Assembly (NCBI GenBank): GCA_012295275.1 | Contig: CM022669.1 | Coordinates: forward strand, 7,564,001-7,628,000 | Source: Chrysomallon squamiferum | Taxonomy: Eukaryota > Animalia > Mollusca | Direction of reading: 5' to 3' | DNA length: 64,000 nt | In this document: piece by piece, positions 1 through 15,026 of the stretch | Layout of the letters: every line of letters starts with the position of its first letter | Numbering within the stretch: position 1 is the first letter of the stretch | Position numbers and translations under genes: made by a program | The notes under the pieces: generated by a model | What the model saw: the letters and a program-made list of their open reading frames with translations, nothing else | Told to the model about the DNA's origin: nothing | Database searches by the model: none

Positions 1-425
1 CACACTAACAGTGATTCTACAGATATCGTGGACTGAGTTTCTGAAACAGTCTGGTGTGTGATCATTCAGAGGAAGCAAGCACGTTTCCAGCGGCTGTATG
101 ACAGATGTAGAATTAAAACAGATGTTGCAGTTTATCAGAAATGAGTCATCAGTTTGCAGATCCTCATCTGTCCCCTGAGAAAACGTTAAAATATTTTTCA
201 AGTTTCATTTTTCAAGAAATTGTTATTTATCCTTTTCTTTTTACCCTCTTTCTGTCTCCCTTTGTCTCCATCGCTTTCTTTAAAAAAAATATTTTTCTCT
301 CTTTCTTTCTACTTCATATTTCGTTTCCATGTCTATAGCTCTCGCTTTTTTTTTTCATTATTTTCTTACTCTCTTCATTTCTGTATTTAATTTTTTCTTC
401 TTTTTTTCTATATTATTTTCTATAG

Positions 426-549
<124 letters not shown>

Positions 550-1195
550 TACTGCATCTATTTTTTAGACAATTCATATTTTCTCAAACCTTTAGACCAT
601 CTCTCTCTTTGTCTCTTTCACACTTTCTGTCTCTGCCTGTCTGTCTTTCCATCTCTCTTTCTTTTTCTCTTTCTTTCTATCACTCTCTTTTTCTCTTCAT
701 CTACTTACCTTATTATCTCTTTCTATCAGCACATTCAAAAGTTTTTGAAAAGCTGTCACAGGACCCTGGTTGGAACGAAAAATACCGTTCAACATCAAGT
801 ATTTTTGTTACACAGAAGTCTTCGCTCGACCAGTTACGCCTGTGTAGGCACGACTGGTCAGTACAAGACAACACGTTTCCCAGGAGACTGACCAGTGAAA
901 TTATCTGGTTGCTAATAGAACTCAAGAGTCTAATTAGATTAATCTACACTTCCAGTTATAAGACCAATTTGAAAAATGAGTTCTCTAGTGTACTCACACA
1001 GAACGTCCACTGCACGCGTGCTTAAACATTGTTTTCTCATTAAGCATGTGAAAATTTATCCATACCCACAAATGAATAATTTGTTTTTATAACTTTTAAT
1101 TGGCAGTGTTACAAACTTATCTTTATTTAGATTTTTTTATTTTGTTCTCTCTCTCTTTATTTTACTGGAAAGTTATAACTGTTGTTAGATACTTG

Positions 1196-1305
<110 letters not shown>

Positions 1306-2758
1306 CGACATCATCATCATCATAATTTTTGTGTCTGTGTGTGGTTTCATGCTACTGGCACACAATTTGTTTTTTGTGTTGTTGTTTTCTTTCGTCTTTT
1401 TTGTTTGTTTTTATTTTGTTTTCATTTTAGGTACCTTTAAACCTAAAATTCTAAGAACTGATAAAAAAAAACTGTAAACATATTTAGTTATATTGCATAT
1501 ACTCAGCTAAACACCACTTCTCAATTTTTCTTCTTCAATATGTTAATTTCTCTTTAACAAATTTATACTCTTTCATATACATATAAAAAAAAAAATCATA
1601 ATAATTCAAAAATTCAAAAAAAAAAACAAAAAAACCAACACCTGTAGTGTGTCTTATCCTTACACATAAAACTACGCAAATTTATCCAAAAAATAAATTT
1701 CCTAAAACCATCATACCTCAGTATTTCTTCTTTATGGTCATATAAATGCCTTCATTTTTTTTTTTTTTTTTTTTTTTCTCTCTCCAGTAAATGGTTTCTT
1801 TTGAAGAATTTACTTTTAATTCGAGGCAGTATATTTTGTCGCTGTTGTCTATAATTGTAAAATAGAGCAGTTAAATATTCTTACACTAAGTCGACGCATC
1901 CATCAATAATACTTGATGCGACGTGTTGCGCTTAAAGGGATTCGCTGTCAAAATGTCGGCATTAGTTTGAAGAAATGATGTACCCAGATGACTTAAAAGG
2001 CTTTGCGTTGAATCCAGCAGTTGCTTAAAAATAAAATATTTGGTCATCTGGTCAGAGAAGCGGTGTATTGTTGATGCATATTGTTTAGAAGTGAATTTTT
2101 AGATATACATGTACGTGCACAGAGGCAAACGCACAAAAACAAACATGCACATATAAAGGCATACGGACACACAAATACGCACGGATGGAAAGGAAAGTAT
2201 GAAATAAGAGAGAGAGAAAACGGGAGGGGGAAAGATAACACAATAGTCACAGAAAGGGGAACAATATAAAGAAACAGAAAAAAACAAGACAACAAAAAAA
2301 GAATATTTTTAAAAAAACTGTAAGTGACCAGTCAGTGAAACATGCAAATGATGTGAATCATCGGACAGGCTGTAGCACATCATCAGAACCATATTGAAGA
2401 CAGTCTCTCAGAAACCTCTGAGTGCTCTACAGACAAAAACAAAACTAGGAAAGAATAAACAGAAAAGCCCAGCTTTCAAAGTGAAGATGCACAAAAACAA
2501 AATAAGGCAGATTAAAAAGCAAATAATAAAAAAAGAAAACTCAATCTTGAAAAGATCAATCACTGAGAAATTGGCTTTGTCCAAACTGACATGTTATCCT
2601 CTATGTTAAAACATCTAAGACGTTTAAACAACGATAAATCTCTCGACAGTCAACAGCTTCTAATTCTCTATAATTACTGAACATCATCTCAACAAGTTTC
2701 CTTTTCAACAAAAACACAAAAATCACACCAACACACACTGACTCACTGGGAAGCGAAT

Positions 2759-2809
<51 letters not shown>

Positions 2810-4542
2810 CTTTCTCGTGCATGTCTCCCCCTTTTGTGACTCATTCAGTTCTTCTCAGCAATTTTCCTCTAAAGACTAAACTTATGACTGGCATTAATTG
2901 CTGGTCATTGTGTTGCCACAACAGCAAGTACAAAACTCCCACATAATACGGGACAGTTATATTAGCATGTGAAATACTCTCTGTATTACATGGGGGCACA
3001 AAGACGCACGCAGGAATTATCATTATGGATCAGACAAGTTTCTGACAAACTAATGGTTCATCTTGAAGCTTTGCATGATAATTATTTTCTTATTCATTAA
3101 TATTCAGTTATAGTTCGTTATCATTCAACATGCATTCCCGTATGAATTAATTTTTATTTTTTTCAAAGGATTTCAGATACGGGACCGAGTTCAAATATGT
3201 TGTTATAGTGCATCTGAATTTGCATAATTGTTATGACAAATACACGAAGACCAAATAGAGAGACGGACAGACAGAGAAAAAGAGAATGAGACCGACATAA
3301 TATCATAATTAGTTAGATTACTATTTATTTTTCGAATGAGCGTCATTAACAGCCCAATAAATTAATTAATTATCTGCTGTTTTTGTTTGTATTTTTATAA
3401 CAATGATTGTAGAACTAGAAACAGTATAGTACAAGCAATATTAACAGCAAAAACAATAATATCAGAAATATTAGTATCGGTACTAATGGTACCAGTCTAT
3501 TGTGCACAACATGTAAATTAAAATAAATACTGCACTTATATCAACAATAAAAAATGCAAAAAAAAACCATTCAGTCAACGTTCTGAAAGAAGCAGGGGTT
3601 AATTTGACAAGCTGCACTCCCCAGGCACTCGTGGGTCACCCCTAAAGTAAATTGTCTCCATGGAAGTCTCTCGAGAGCTTCCGTGATTGACTTCGTTATA
3701 CCTTCGGGTGTTCCCGGCCACACGCCATGGCCGCGGAGACGTCAAGTGAGGATCATTTTCCACTTGCCCGCTTTTGGATCATGATCTGATTAATCAGGGA
3801 CTTTTCTCCAGTTCCATCACTACAGAGAGAAAGAGAAAAGCGGGAAAACATTGGATTACGTCTGCTACGTAATGAGATTGTTTGTTGGTGCTATGGCCGC
3901 CTGTCGTTGAAGGGAGTCATTTTAACACGTGTAGGAAAATAAACAAAAATATCACTGGCAGACGTAACACAGCACGACCAGTATTGTGTGTCCTTCCGCT
4001 ATCATTCGTTACGAAATACAGTTCTTTTTGTTTTCTTTCTTTCTTTCTTTCTTTTTATTATATTTTGGATTGTTTACGTTTTGTTTAAAGTTTGTTGTTG
4101 TTTTTGTTGCTGCTGTTGTTGTTTTATTTTAATAAAACAGAGGACAATGCTCTGAAGCTTTTTTTTTTATTAATCCCAGATAGGTGTCGGGACAAATTTC
4201 TACCTAACAGTAGTTAGCAGGTAATGTAGTTGTTTCGGGGTGTTTTTTTTTAAATTTGGCACCATCCTTTTGATTATTGTTTATTCATTCATTCATTTAT
4301 TTGAGTATTGAAATAGCCAGTGAACGATAGAAAAAATAGTATTTGATTTATAGAATTAATTTATATAGTTTAAAATAAGCATTCATGTTGTAAATTCATT
4401 CTGATGTACATTACACCGTCAGTTCTTTTCATTGCAAAATTAAATTGCTGGTATTGGGAATGTATGATAACACACACACACACACACACACACATACATA
4501 CATACATACATACATACATACATACATACATACATACATACA

Positions 4543-4574
<32 letters not shown>

Positions 4575-4960
4575 CATATGAATCAATGGGATAATTTCAC
4601 AAATTTATTTTTATATTTTATTTTTCTACATACTGAATGCAAAGTTACGAAAAAGCATTTAAAATATGAAACCAGAACCAACCATCCTTGGAAATCATAA
4701 CGATATTAAGTATAAAAAGTGATCGACTTTTAGCGGTTCAGAAATAAGACACGTCCACAGATTATATTCCTGTCTCCTGATGCAGTCACCGAGCTTTCCT
4801 CCAGTCGCTAGAGAATGAATTTAATAATGTCAGTAAATCAATTTTTAATTCTATCACACAGCATCAGTAAACCAGTGTTGTTTAGCTACATCATATAGCG
4901 TCAAAATACTAAGTTTAACTCATTCAGTAAACCAGTATTTATTTGCGTCATACGGCGTCG

Positions 4961-5225
4961 ATAAACTAGTATTTAACTACGTCATACACCGTCAATAAAC
5001 TAGTATTTAACTACGTCATACAGCGTCAATAAACTAGTATTTAACTACGTCATACAGCGTCAATAAACTAGTATTTAACTACGTCATACACCGTCAATAA
5101 ACTAGTATTTAACTACGTCATACAGCGTCAATAAACTAGTATTTAACTACGTCATACACCGTCAATAAACTAGTATTTAACTACGTCATACAGCGTCAAT
5201 AAACTAGTATTTAACTACGTCATAT
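4961..5225. repeat. 34-bp minisatellite, ~8 near-perfect copies
   Basis: Unit ATAAACTAGTATTTAACTACGTCATACA(C/G)CGTCA starts at 4961, 4995 and onward. Degenerate copies extend from about 4830 to 5850. Confidence 0.92.
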
Positions 5226-7640
5226 AGCATCAGTAAACCAGTGTTGTTTAGCTACATCACACAGTGTCAAAAGTTTAACTCGATCTATCATACAGTCAGT
5301 TCACCAGGATTTAACTATAGCGTCGCCAAACTGATGCTTAGCTCTGTTATGTGAAATAGTATCATAATATTTACTGATGTCATGCTATGTAGTGTCAGTA
5401 GCTTAATGTTTATTGATTCGTGTCATACAGCGTCAGCAGATAATAATTACTGATGTCATCTTATATTACATAGCATCGGTAGCTAATGTCATATTATTTA
5501 GTGAGAGTAAATAATATTTATTGATCTCATATCCTATAGCTTCAGTAGTTAATATTTAGTAACGTCATAACTATTACAAAGTGCCAGTGGCAAATATTTA
5601 CTGATGTCATATTTTATAGCGACAATAGCTCATGTCTACTGATTTCACTGATGTTATATTATACAAAATCAGTAGCTAATACTTCGATGTGTTATAAAAT
5701 AGGCGATCAGTGGAAAATAGTGTTTCCATATTATGTAGCGTAAGTAAATTTAACAGAGACGGTAATCGAAGTTCAGGTTTGTATTGTTATAATGTAGAGT
5801 CATAGTATTTACTGATGTCATCTCATACAGCATCAGTGGCTAGTGTGTACAAGCTATAAGTGAAATCCGTGCCTCTAATTTTCAGTCAAAAACTGTTAAC
5901 CATCACTTCAGTATGACGTAAAACGAGTAAACGAACAGTGGATCAACAAGTCATGACAGACTGAGTAATGTCAGACTAACCTAAATTATTTCTGATCTAA
6001 CTCAAACTTCGAATCAGCGGGACACTACATTTCAAGATATTTTTAAAAAAAGAACTTATAAAATATTTTAAACCACCTCTCTGAATAGGAACACACGACG
6101 TTTCCTGTTCAACATAAAAAGGATCTGTACAGGAAGGCTGTCGCCGGAGAGATAGTAACAGCACTTGATGCTGACGTCGCTTGCACATTCAGTTGAATGT
6201 TTGAAAAACCGTGGCTTGAGATCCTCTGAATAAGATACGAGTTTTAGCGTGGAAGCCTTTGACTTCATAATGTAAAAACTGTTACAGTTCGGGTTTTTAC
6301 TTTAAAAGGGTTTGAGGTGGCCTTGCTAAAAAAAGTAACCATAATTCATATATATATATATTAATATTTTATAAACAAACAAATAAGAAAATCAGTAAAA
6401 ATATAAATAACTAAAAATTCCGTCATTTTCTTCATCTTTCATTAATATGTAAATATATAAATAAAACAAAAAAAAAAAAAAAAAAAAAATATAAGTTCAA
6501 ATTTAATCAAAATAACTAAGTTAATAAATAAATAAATAACCAGACAAACGAACAAAACACCAACAAATACACAAAATAAAAAAAATAAAAATGTTCGAAT
6601 ATTGGTATTTAAAAAATAATTTAAAATTCATTACAGAATCCTGTAATATCCTATTTCGGTGCATCTTGATCACGTGACGTGTCAATGCCTGCACGGACAA
6701 CAGTGTAACCTTTCTTTCCATAAAAACATTGACTTAATTAGCAAAATAACAATAAAACTCGGACCTGAAATCCCAGAGGAGAAAGAAGGTACTCTATATG
6801 GGCAAAAAAAAAAAAAACGTGAGGCTCGCTAAATGCCAAACTAAACGAGTAAAAATGACAGTTTCTAGAGGGGGTGTGTGCAGTAGATCACACCTTTATA
6901 TTTTAACGAATGATATTTTTTCACTGCATCAAACACATTTCGAAATTTTTATCTGCCACAATTAAAGAACGCCAACACTCCTCTTTTCTGAAATCCTGGA
7001 ACCGTCCCTGCTTTGATTAGTTTGTATCCCATTGGTAATTGATCAACAGTTTGAAAAGGTTTTCACTTCATTAGCTGAAACAGAGAGGCCCGTGCGGGGC
7101 AGTTCCCGTCCCCTGGGTACGGGTATTGTTTTCCTGTCTGACAGGAGCTATATATTAACGTACAAACTTGTCAAACCCAATGTTGTGTGTGCTTAATAAC
7201 AATAATCCGTGAAATTACCGCCTTTGTTAATGATATTTGTTGACCGGATCCTGTTTAGTGGAATATTTACAGAGATGACCTTCGAGAAATGTATTTTTAA
7301 GTTAGCCCGCGAGAGGGACAGAACCAAGGACCTGTAGCATCACAAATGGACGTTATACTTCTAATATGTATGGACTGTTGTTGTTTTTGACTTGTTGGTT
7401 GTTGTTTTTTTTATTATTTCTGTGAGTGGATGCAGGTTTGAGGTCTCAGTAGCGACATTCATCTTATTTTTTTTTTTTTTTTTTTTTTTCCATTTGTTTT
7501 AATGGAATGAATTATTAAATTTACGCAAAATGTATACTGTTAGACAATCTTTCATAATTATAAACAAATAACACTCACATAAACACATACACACATACAT
7601 ATAAGAACTATAAACATACAATCGTATTAAATTATACAAA

Positions 7641-7683
<43 letters not shown>

Positions 7684-9694
7684 ATAAAATATATGCATGC
7701 GCAATGATTCTGACCCAGAGAGAAGATAAAAAAAACACACAGACACTCATACTTATCTATGTTCAAAAATAAAATCGTGTATTTATTAATTACGGTGCAC
7801 GTACCAGCATCTGATAATTATAGTCATCGTTGTTCCATTTCTAATTCTAGTCACCCTCATAAGTCAAGAAACAGTTATTAAAAACTTCGAAGCATTAATA
7901 TAACATTTCAGCTCAATACCATGTTATTTACTTTAACAAGAGTGTAACAAAGATGGCTTCATACTGAAACGCCTCGAGCGAGAGGTGGGGTAGGGTAAAA
8001 ATGTGTGAAGCGTGTATGAAACGTGTTTCTCAAAATAAGGAGAATTATTTGTTGCGTGCGTTTAAGCGATTTTTTTAAAAAATAGTTCACACACACACAC
8101 ACACACACTACCAAAAAAAAAAAAAAATCAGTTGTTATTTGTAAAACATGGTTCTAAAAATTTATCATATCCATATATGAAGTTCTGTTTACAAATACAA
8201 CAAAAAGGAAAAATCATTTCACATGTGAAATAAGCTTCGGAAATTTCTCCTATTCGAATAAAGCGTGTTGTTTAAAAACACAAAATAATAATAATAATAA
8301 TAACAATTTGTCCTTTGTGAAGCATCCAAAAATTCTCTTCTCGGTGCGCAAAACGCGCTGGCCTAAAAATAGGTCGGAATCACTCCGCACTGCATCCGAC
8401 AACTGTCATTTGGCTCTGTCGTCTGTATTTAGAACAAGATGGCCGATTGGTTTCCCGCCGAGGTTTCCTCTGATATAATGAGCTTCCCCGAAGACAGACC
8501 TGGCGATTAGACAGACAATAATAAGTCAGAATCCAGCTTCCGATTAACCATAGGGGAAATGAATGAGCTCCCTAATGACTGGAGATCAAACATGAGATTT
8601 TAAGTGCTTTTTGTTAGCTACTTTGGTTCGCCACGGTTTTAGACTTAGCGCGAACTTCGTCGATTAGACCAGACTGGGTTCTCAGTTGTTGGCTCTTGGC
8701 GATTGTGCTCCGACCATCTCAGCAATCAGCCTCTGCCTCTGCAGCTAATCAAAGCACCATTATCCTGACGATAATTCACCTTTCATCTCCCAGTCTTTTA
8801 CAACATATTTAATTTAAGTTCCTGAAAAGGTCTTCTGTCCGTAGTAAGTTTTAAGTAGTCGGTGATTTCTTGTTGTACAAAAGAAAAAGAAAGAAGCTTC
8901 TTCAGGTGTACTCGAGGCAATGAGTATTTCGGCTTTCTTCTTTTTTTTAAAGAAGATAGAATCAGAACAAGGGCCAAATATTTCCTTATGATAGGTAACA
9001 GATACCGGAACAATATTTAAAAAAAAAAAAAAAAAAAAACACATGAACAAACACAGTTATACTCATATATATACACATGTACACCAAAATACAAACACAT
9101 ACAGAGCCACATGCATACACATATTCACAGAATTATTTAATTATACATATACACATCCAGACACAATTCATATTAACATATACATATACACGTACGTAGG
9201 TACTTACCTAAAATATACATAAATACATACGAACACACACACACACACACATATAATCCACAAGCATACAAAAAAGTCTCAAAAAGGATAAATACATTAT
9301 TATAAAGACATATCCACACACACACATAAAAAAAAAAAAAAAAAACCTCCTTTAATCGTTAAAAATGCTACGACTATCTCATAAAAGACCACTTAAAACA
9401 AATAGGAAATATTCTTCTTCTTTCTGAAGTGATAAAGGAAAGTAAATTGGAAAAAAAATGGTGAATCAAGATTGCTGGAAAAAAAAAAATCTTTTCAGAT
9501 CACATTCATCAAAGCTATAACGTGCAATAGAGTACGAAATCCGTTACCAGTGGATGATATATTGAATCATTTAACCCCAGTACACCTCGAATCAAACTCG
9601 AACTTGGTGCCGTCCACGAAAATTAAATTCCACTCCGAAGTTCACGTGTCGATCAATCACTCGTCGTTTCTTTGTCTTCATTCGCTGTTAGCCG

Positions 9695-10215
9695 AGATAA
9701 ATAAACAGATAAACAGAGATAATTAAACAGATAAACAGAGATAATTAAACGGATATGTTAACGGTAATAAATATATAATAAACACTGATAATAAACAGCG
9801 AAAATAATTAGGTATGTTAATGATAATAAATATATAATAAACAGTGATAATTAACAGATGTTAATGATAATAAATATATAATAAACAGTGATAATTAACA
9901 GATGTTAATGATAATAAACATATATAATTAACAAATATGATAAACAGCGAAAATAAACAGCTAAACTAAAGATAAAGAAACATATATCCTAAACAGTGAT
10001 AAAATACAATAATAAAGATACAATAAAAAGATATAGTAATGATAATAAATACATATGTTAAATAGTGATAATAAATAATAATAAACGCATCATAAACTAA
10101 TAATATACAATGATAATGAATAGATATATCAAACAGTGATAAACAGTGATGATATATTAATGTAAAAACATAAACTATAATAGTATACAATAATAAATAT
10201 ATTCTAATGATAATA
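9695..10215. repeat. Degenerate AT-rich tandem repeat
   Basis: Recurrent AAACAG(T/C)GATAA and TAATGATAATAAATATATAAT motifs. Confidence 0.7.
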
Positions 10216-10900
10216 AACTCATCATTTATAGTGATGATGATGATATATGTATATATATGTATATATATTAAGTATAAAAACCCATTTTATCATGAGTAAA
10301 CAATAATAATAAATAGATATAATTTACAGATACAAAAGCATCAAGCCTTTAAGCATTTTATCTCATATGCATTACAAACACATTATTAACATTTTATAGA
10401 ATAAAGATATGGTTCAATTTGAATTTTTGTATGGAGCATTCTATTTTGTTTTGTTTTGGCTGGTTTTCTATATATTCTATATACATATATTTTATTTTTA
10501 TTTTTTATTTGTTTTATATATATATTCGGTTATCATCTTCTTTGGATGTCTCAGCGTTTGCTTGTTCTGGAATCTATTCTGCATTCTTTGAGATACTCTA
10601 TTTTGCCATCATGTCCGTGTCCCAGTCATTATTTGAGAACTGTCCGTTCCTTTTTCCAGTTCTGATTCACATTTTGTTTCGGATCAACTGGTCGCCTCAC
10701 TTATGCTAAACCTCAATTAATTATCCTCAGTTTCCTTCGTGACAAAGAACTAAAAATCAACATCTATCCGGCTGGGTTGGACAGTGACGTTTTAAATTTA
10801 ATAAAAACAAATCTTCTCAAACAAACAAAAGTGTTTCGCTTGCTTTCATTCGCCTTCTAACCTGAATAGGACGCCAGCGGACATTGTTTCCGCGCACAAA

Positions 10901-10934
10901 CAAAATGGCGCTTGATCCGAACTAGAGGGCGCTG
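10901..10934 (+). promoter_or_regulatory. YY1 motif next to a CTCF-like motif
   Basis: CAAAATGGCG (10901-10910) fits YY1. ACTAGAGGGCGCTG (10921-10934) fits the CTCF core. Both lie in a CpG-richer island within AT-rich DNA. Confidence 0.5.
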
Positions 10935-11729
10935 ACTGTCTTAATGTCGGCTGCTCGAGAGGGACGGACTGACACTCTGTATACAAAGTCTTCAATAGCA
11001 CACAGACAGAGCCCTCTGGGGAGAAATCAATGGAAATTATTTTTCACTTTGAGAGTTTGTCAGCTTATTAGATTAATCCAGAAGATATGTGCTAAAACCA
11101 TGAAATCAGACAGTGATAAAAGCTACAGCGTGTTACATTAACAATCACTAAAGAAAAACGTCCAGTTGGTAATATTTAAACACTGACTTCAGTCATCTCT
11201 GCCTCATAGACGCGCAATCATTTATCCATCGGATTTAAGACCTGAAGGTAGCTTGGATCGGATCCTGTTAATGGCACCCATGGACAAGTATGGACAAGCA
11301 ATGAAGAAAAATGCTGTTAGTAAGATTTAAAACAATGTCTTGTGTACCATCGGTCCAATAGACGGCACCATTCACTTGTAGGTTCTGTGGATCGCATCAT
11401 GTTACAGAACTATATGGACAAGTAAATAAAAATTACAGCATTATTCCTTCTTAATAACAATTCGTCTTTGAAACTAATAATTATCTAAGATAATGTAATC
11501 TTTATTCAACCAATACATGACTATGTAAATGAGGAAAAAAATTAGTTTACTCTATATAAAATCTAGTATTATAAAATGTATTTAAGTAACTAAATAGAAG
11601 GAAATACGTATGTGTGGATGTAGATACATTTATAAGTAACATTACCGTAAAAACAAAAACACTATATCAGCAAGGATAGGTTGATCGTTGATGTTAGCCA
11701 CAGCAAGATTTATAATTATCATCACTATG

Positions 11730-11764
<35 letters not shown>

Positions 11765-12283
11765 AAACTGGATCAAACTGAACATGCATACATATATACT
11801 TACATACATAAGTACACAGGTACATACACACACGCATTCACACATACTCCTGTAACAGATCTTCAAATATCTTCCTGACATTTTATTACTCATTTTTCCT
11901 GTGTAGCTAATTTGAACAGAAGAAAAAAATACGTAGTCAAGCTGCAAATTCTAATTTTGTTTCTTCATCGCTTAGTTTGCCTCCTTTTGTACTGAAATAA
12001 TGTCGTTTTGCTAGCTGCCAGATTTTAATCCCTTCGATCGGCTGAGTGGAGTAAGAAATAGGATCTCTTTCTCCTTCTTCTTCTTTTTCAAATTGGCCAC
12101 TAGATTGTGGCGTATTATCCACAAAATACCCGGATTACGAAACTGCGGCCTGGATTTGTTCTGTAACAGCTGTATTTGACTGTCTCCCAGTCCAGAGAAG
12201 ATTTTCATTTAAACTGGAGTGTGCAGGCATGAAGATGCAGTGTAGAATTCTTTTGTTTAATTTCGACCAGTTTATTTAGCGAT

Positions 12284-12324
<41 letters not shown>

Positions 12325-12572
12325 CTAAATCTACACAATTTAAATACGTAATTTGTATTTTACAGACTGGATGTCTACTGTAGAATGAGAATACTGGACT
12401 GTTTACAAAATAATTTAACTTCATATATAGCTAATATAATATCTATAATTATTTATATATATATATATATTTTATATTTTTATTTTTATTTTTTTACTTT
12501 TTTTTTTAAATCAACAACAGTAAAAGCACATTTGATGAAAAGGAAGTTGGGCACTTTGGGGAGAGAGGCAAG

Positions 12573-12574
<2 letters not shown>

Positions 12575-12668
<94 letters not shown>
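12575..12668. repeat. (GA)n microsatellite
   Basis: Directly visible. Other (GA/CT/GT)n arrays at ~20124-20219, 21521-21608, 28050-28147, 29076-29164, 32858-32923, 45140-45385 and 53736-53785. Confidence 0.95.
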
Positions 12669-12670
<2 letters not shown>

Positions 12671-13195
12671 TCAGGAAAAACTACATAATTTAATAAATAA
12701 AGTGTATAACGCACACGTCGCCAATTTTCTTGTAGATTGGTTTTTATATTCTCGTGTTTCCAGCGCTGAATAGTCTAAAGAAAGACTGGAATTGGCTTTG
12801 GAATCCGGTTTGCATCGAGTTTATTGTAGGTAAACCTACTTTTATTGACAATAGATAGACTGAGGAGAAGATTGAAACGGATAATAGACAGTAAGTGACG
12901 TGATTCTGATAGAGCTCATTTGATTGGGGAGGGAATACCACATCTACAAAACAAGACCAGTCATTTAAACGCGATGTGATATTTTCAAATGTACTGAAGT
13001 GGATTAGTCGTTTTTGAGAAAGTCCTGAAAGAAACTGAAGAAGTAACTGAAATAGATTGTTTTTCGTCGTCTGTTCTCCAGTTCTTCTTCTTCGTCTCCG
13101 TGTGGGATTTTTATCTTTCTCTCGAACTTTGTCTTTCTCCTTTATATTTTCATATCAAAGTAGTAGTAGTAGTAGTAATAGTAGTAGTAGTAGTA

Positions 13196-13265
<70 letters not shown>

Positions 13266-13683
13266 AAACATTAGTAATATTAATAGCATTAGAAAAAGAA
13301 GACTATGATGATAATGATGATAATGACATATCAGATACAAACAGAAATATAAGCTTTTGCATTTTGTAACTGCTTGTTGTTATGAGGAACTGAAATTCAT
13401 ATTAATATAGTACCAAACACTGTATGGAAAGGAAAAGATTTTGAAAAATTATTTTCACCAAATTTATGATGGTTTTAGTATGACGTAACGTCGTTGAGAA
13501 AACACATGAAAAATAAGTCTAATCCATTACTCCTTTTGAAATGAGACAAAAACGCAAAAACGCCGAGCGGAGCGGGGCAAAATTATTTGGGCGAGTTAAA
13601 AGACGCAAAAACCTTGATTCTAGCCATTTATATATACATACATATTTTTTATTTTTTTTTAATTTTTGCGTTTAAATTAATAT

Positions 13684-13744
<61 letters not shown>

Positions 13745-15026
13745 AATAATAAGAAAAACAAGAAATAAAATCGTAATTTTCGGTATAAGGCATCGGCATC
13801 ATTTGCCTCAATTGTACTTACGGCCATGTAATCTAGTAATATTATTAATGTGATTCCTAGCTCGAAAACTTTATCGTTAACGTTAGAAAAAAAAAAAAAT
13901 CATTTGAGATGTTGTCTTAAAATGTGTTAGGGGAAAACGATACTGACGTTGAAATCTGCTGCATTTAAAACATTGATGCATGACATTTTAAACGAATGAA
14001 TAAAGATATCAGTCTGTAATTCGTAAACTCTTGGAGGTATTCATATCTATGTTTACGCGATCGTAGATTCTCGCCTAACTTCTTTATCTTTGTAGTATGC
14101 TCAAGTTTAAAATTACGAATTATTTTCATATTAACACTATGAATTAATCATTTACAAGATGTCAGCTATAGATCATAAAATTTAAATTATTATTTTGCAG
14201 GATCCAATTTTTATTTTTTTATTTACTTTATTTTTATTTTTTTATTTTTCTTTTTCTTTTTTTGTTTGTGTTTTTTTCTTTTTTTTTTTTTTCTTTTTTT
14301 TTTTTCTGCTCTCGAACCTCCTTTTAACGAGTCCCTTGGCTGTATTCCGCTTTTTGGAAATATAAAAATATTCTCAAATTTGGACCCATTCAGGAGCTAG
14401 CGAAGTCTCCTAAAATGTATCCTTGAGCACTCCAGTCTGTTTGCACTGCGTTCTTACTGTCCAATATTTATTTGTTATTCTCTCTCTCTAAGAATTCTTA
14501 ACAGATACTTAGTCTTTATAGACTTTGGCATCTTCCTAATTCTTTGCACCTTATTAAATTTCATTGTTATAATTATGTTCTATAAAATTATCTTAGACAG
14601 ACTTACAGTCAGAAAAAAGAAAGAAAACAATATATGTATGTATATATATTGTTTGTGAAGTCAGGCTCATACAGAGATGCATACACACACAGACACACCC
14701 ACTTACTTTTCGTGTTTGATACAATTGTTTACAATAATGCAGAAATATATATATTTCTGCATTATTGTAAACAATTGTATTGAACACGAAAGGTAAGTGG
14801 GTATGTCTTTGTGTGTGTGTGTCTGACTTCACAAATAATATTAAATTATTAGATGTGTATTTCATAGCATTACATCTTCCTAAAAATTACATATTTTAAG
14901 CACTCAAACGTCTTGCGTCTGGATTTGTTATCATTTGGTTTAGTCTTCATACCATTTCAAACTAGCTGTTGTTCTCAGTTGTTCCGCCTGGTTTTGAGGT
15001 AACAGTCGACGATTGCTGTTGTCAAA

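Noticed and set aside
4961-5225. CRISPR-like 34-bp periodicity
   Set aside because: Units are head-to-tail with no unique spacers, there are no cas genes, and the context is eukaryotic.
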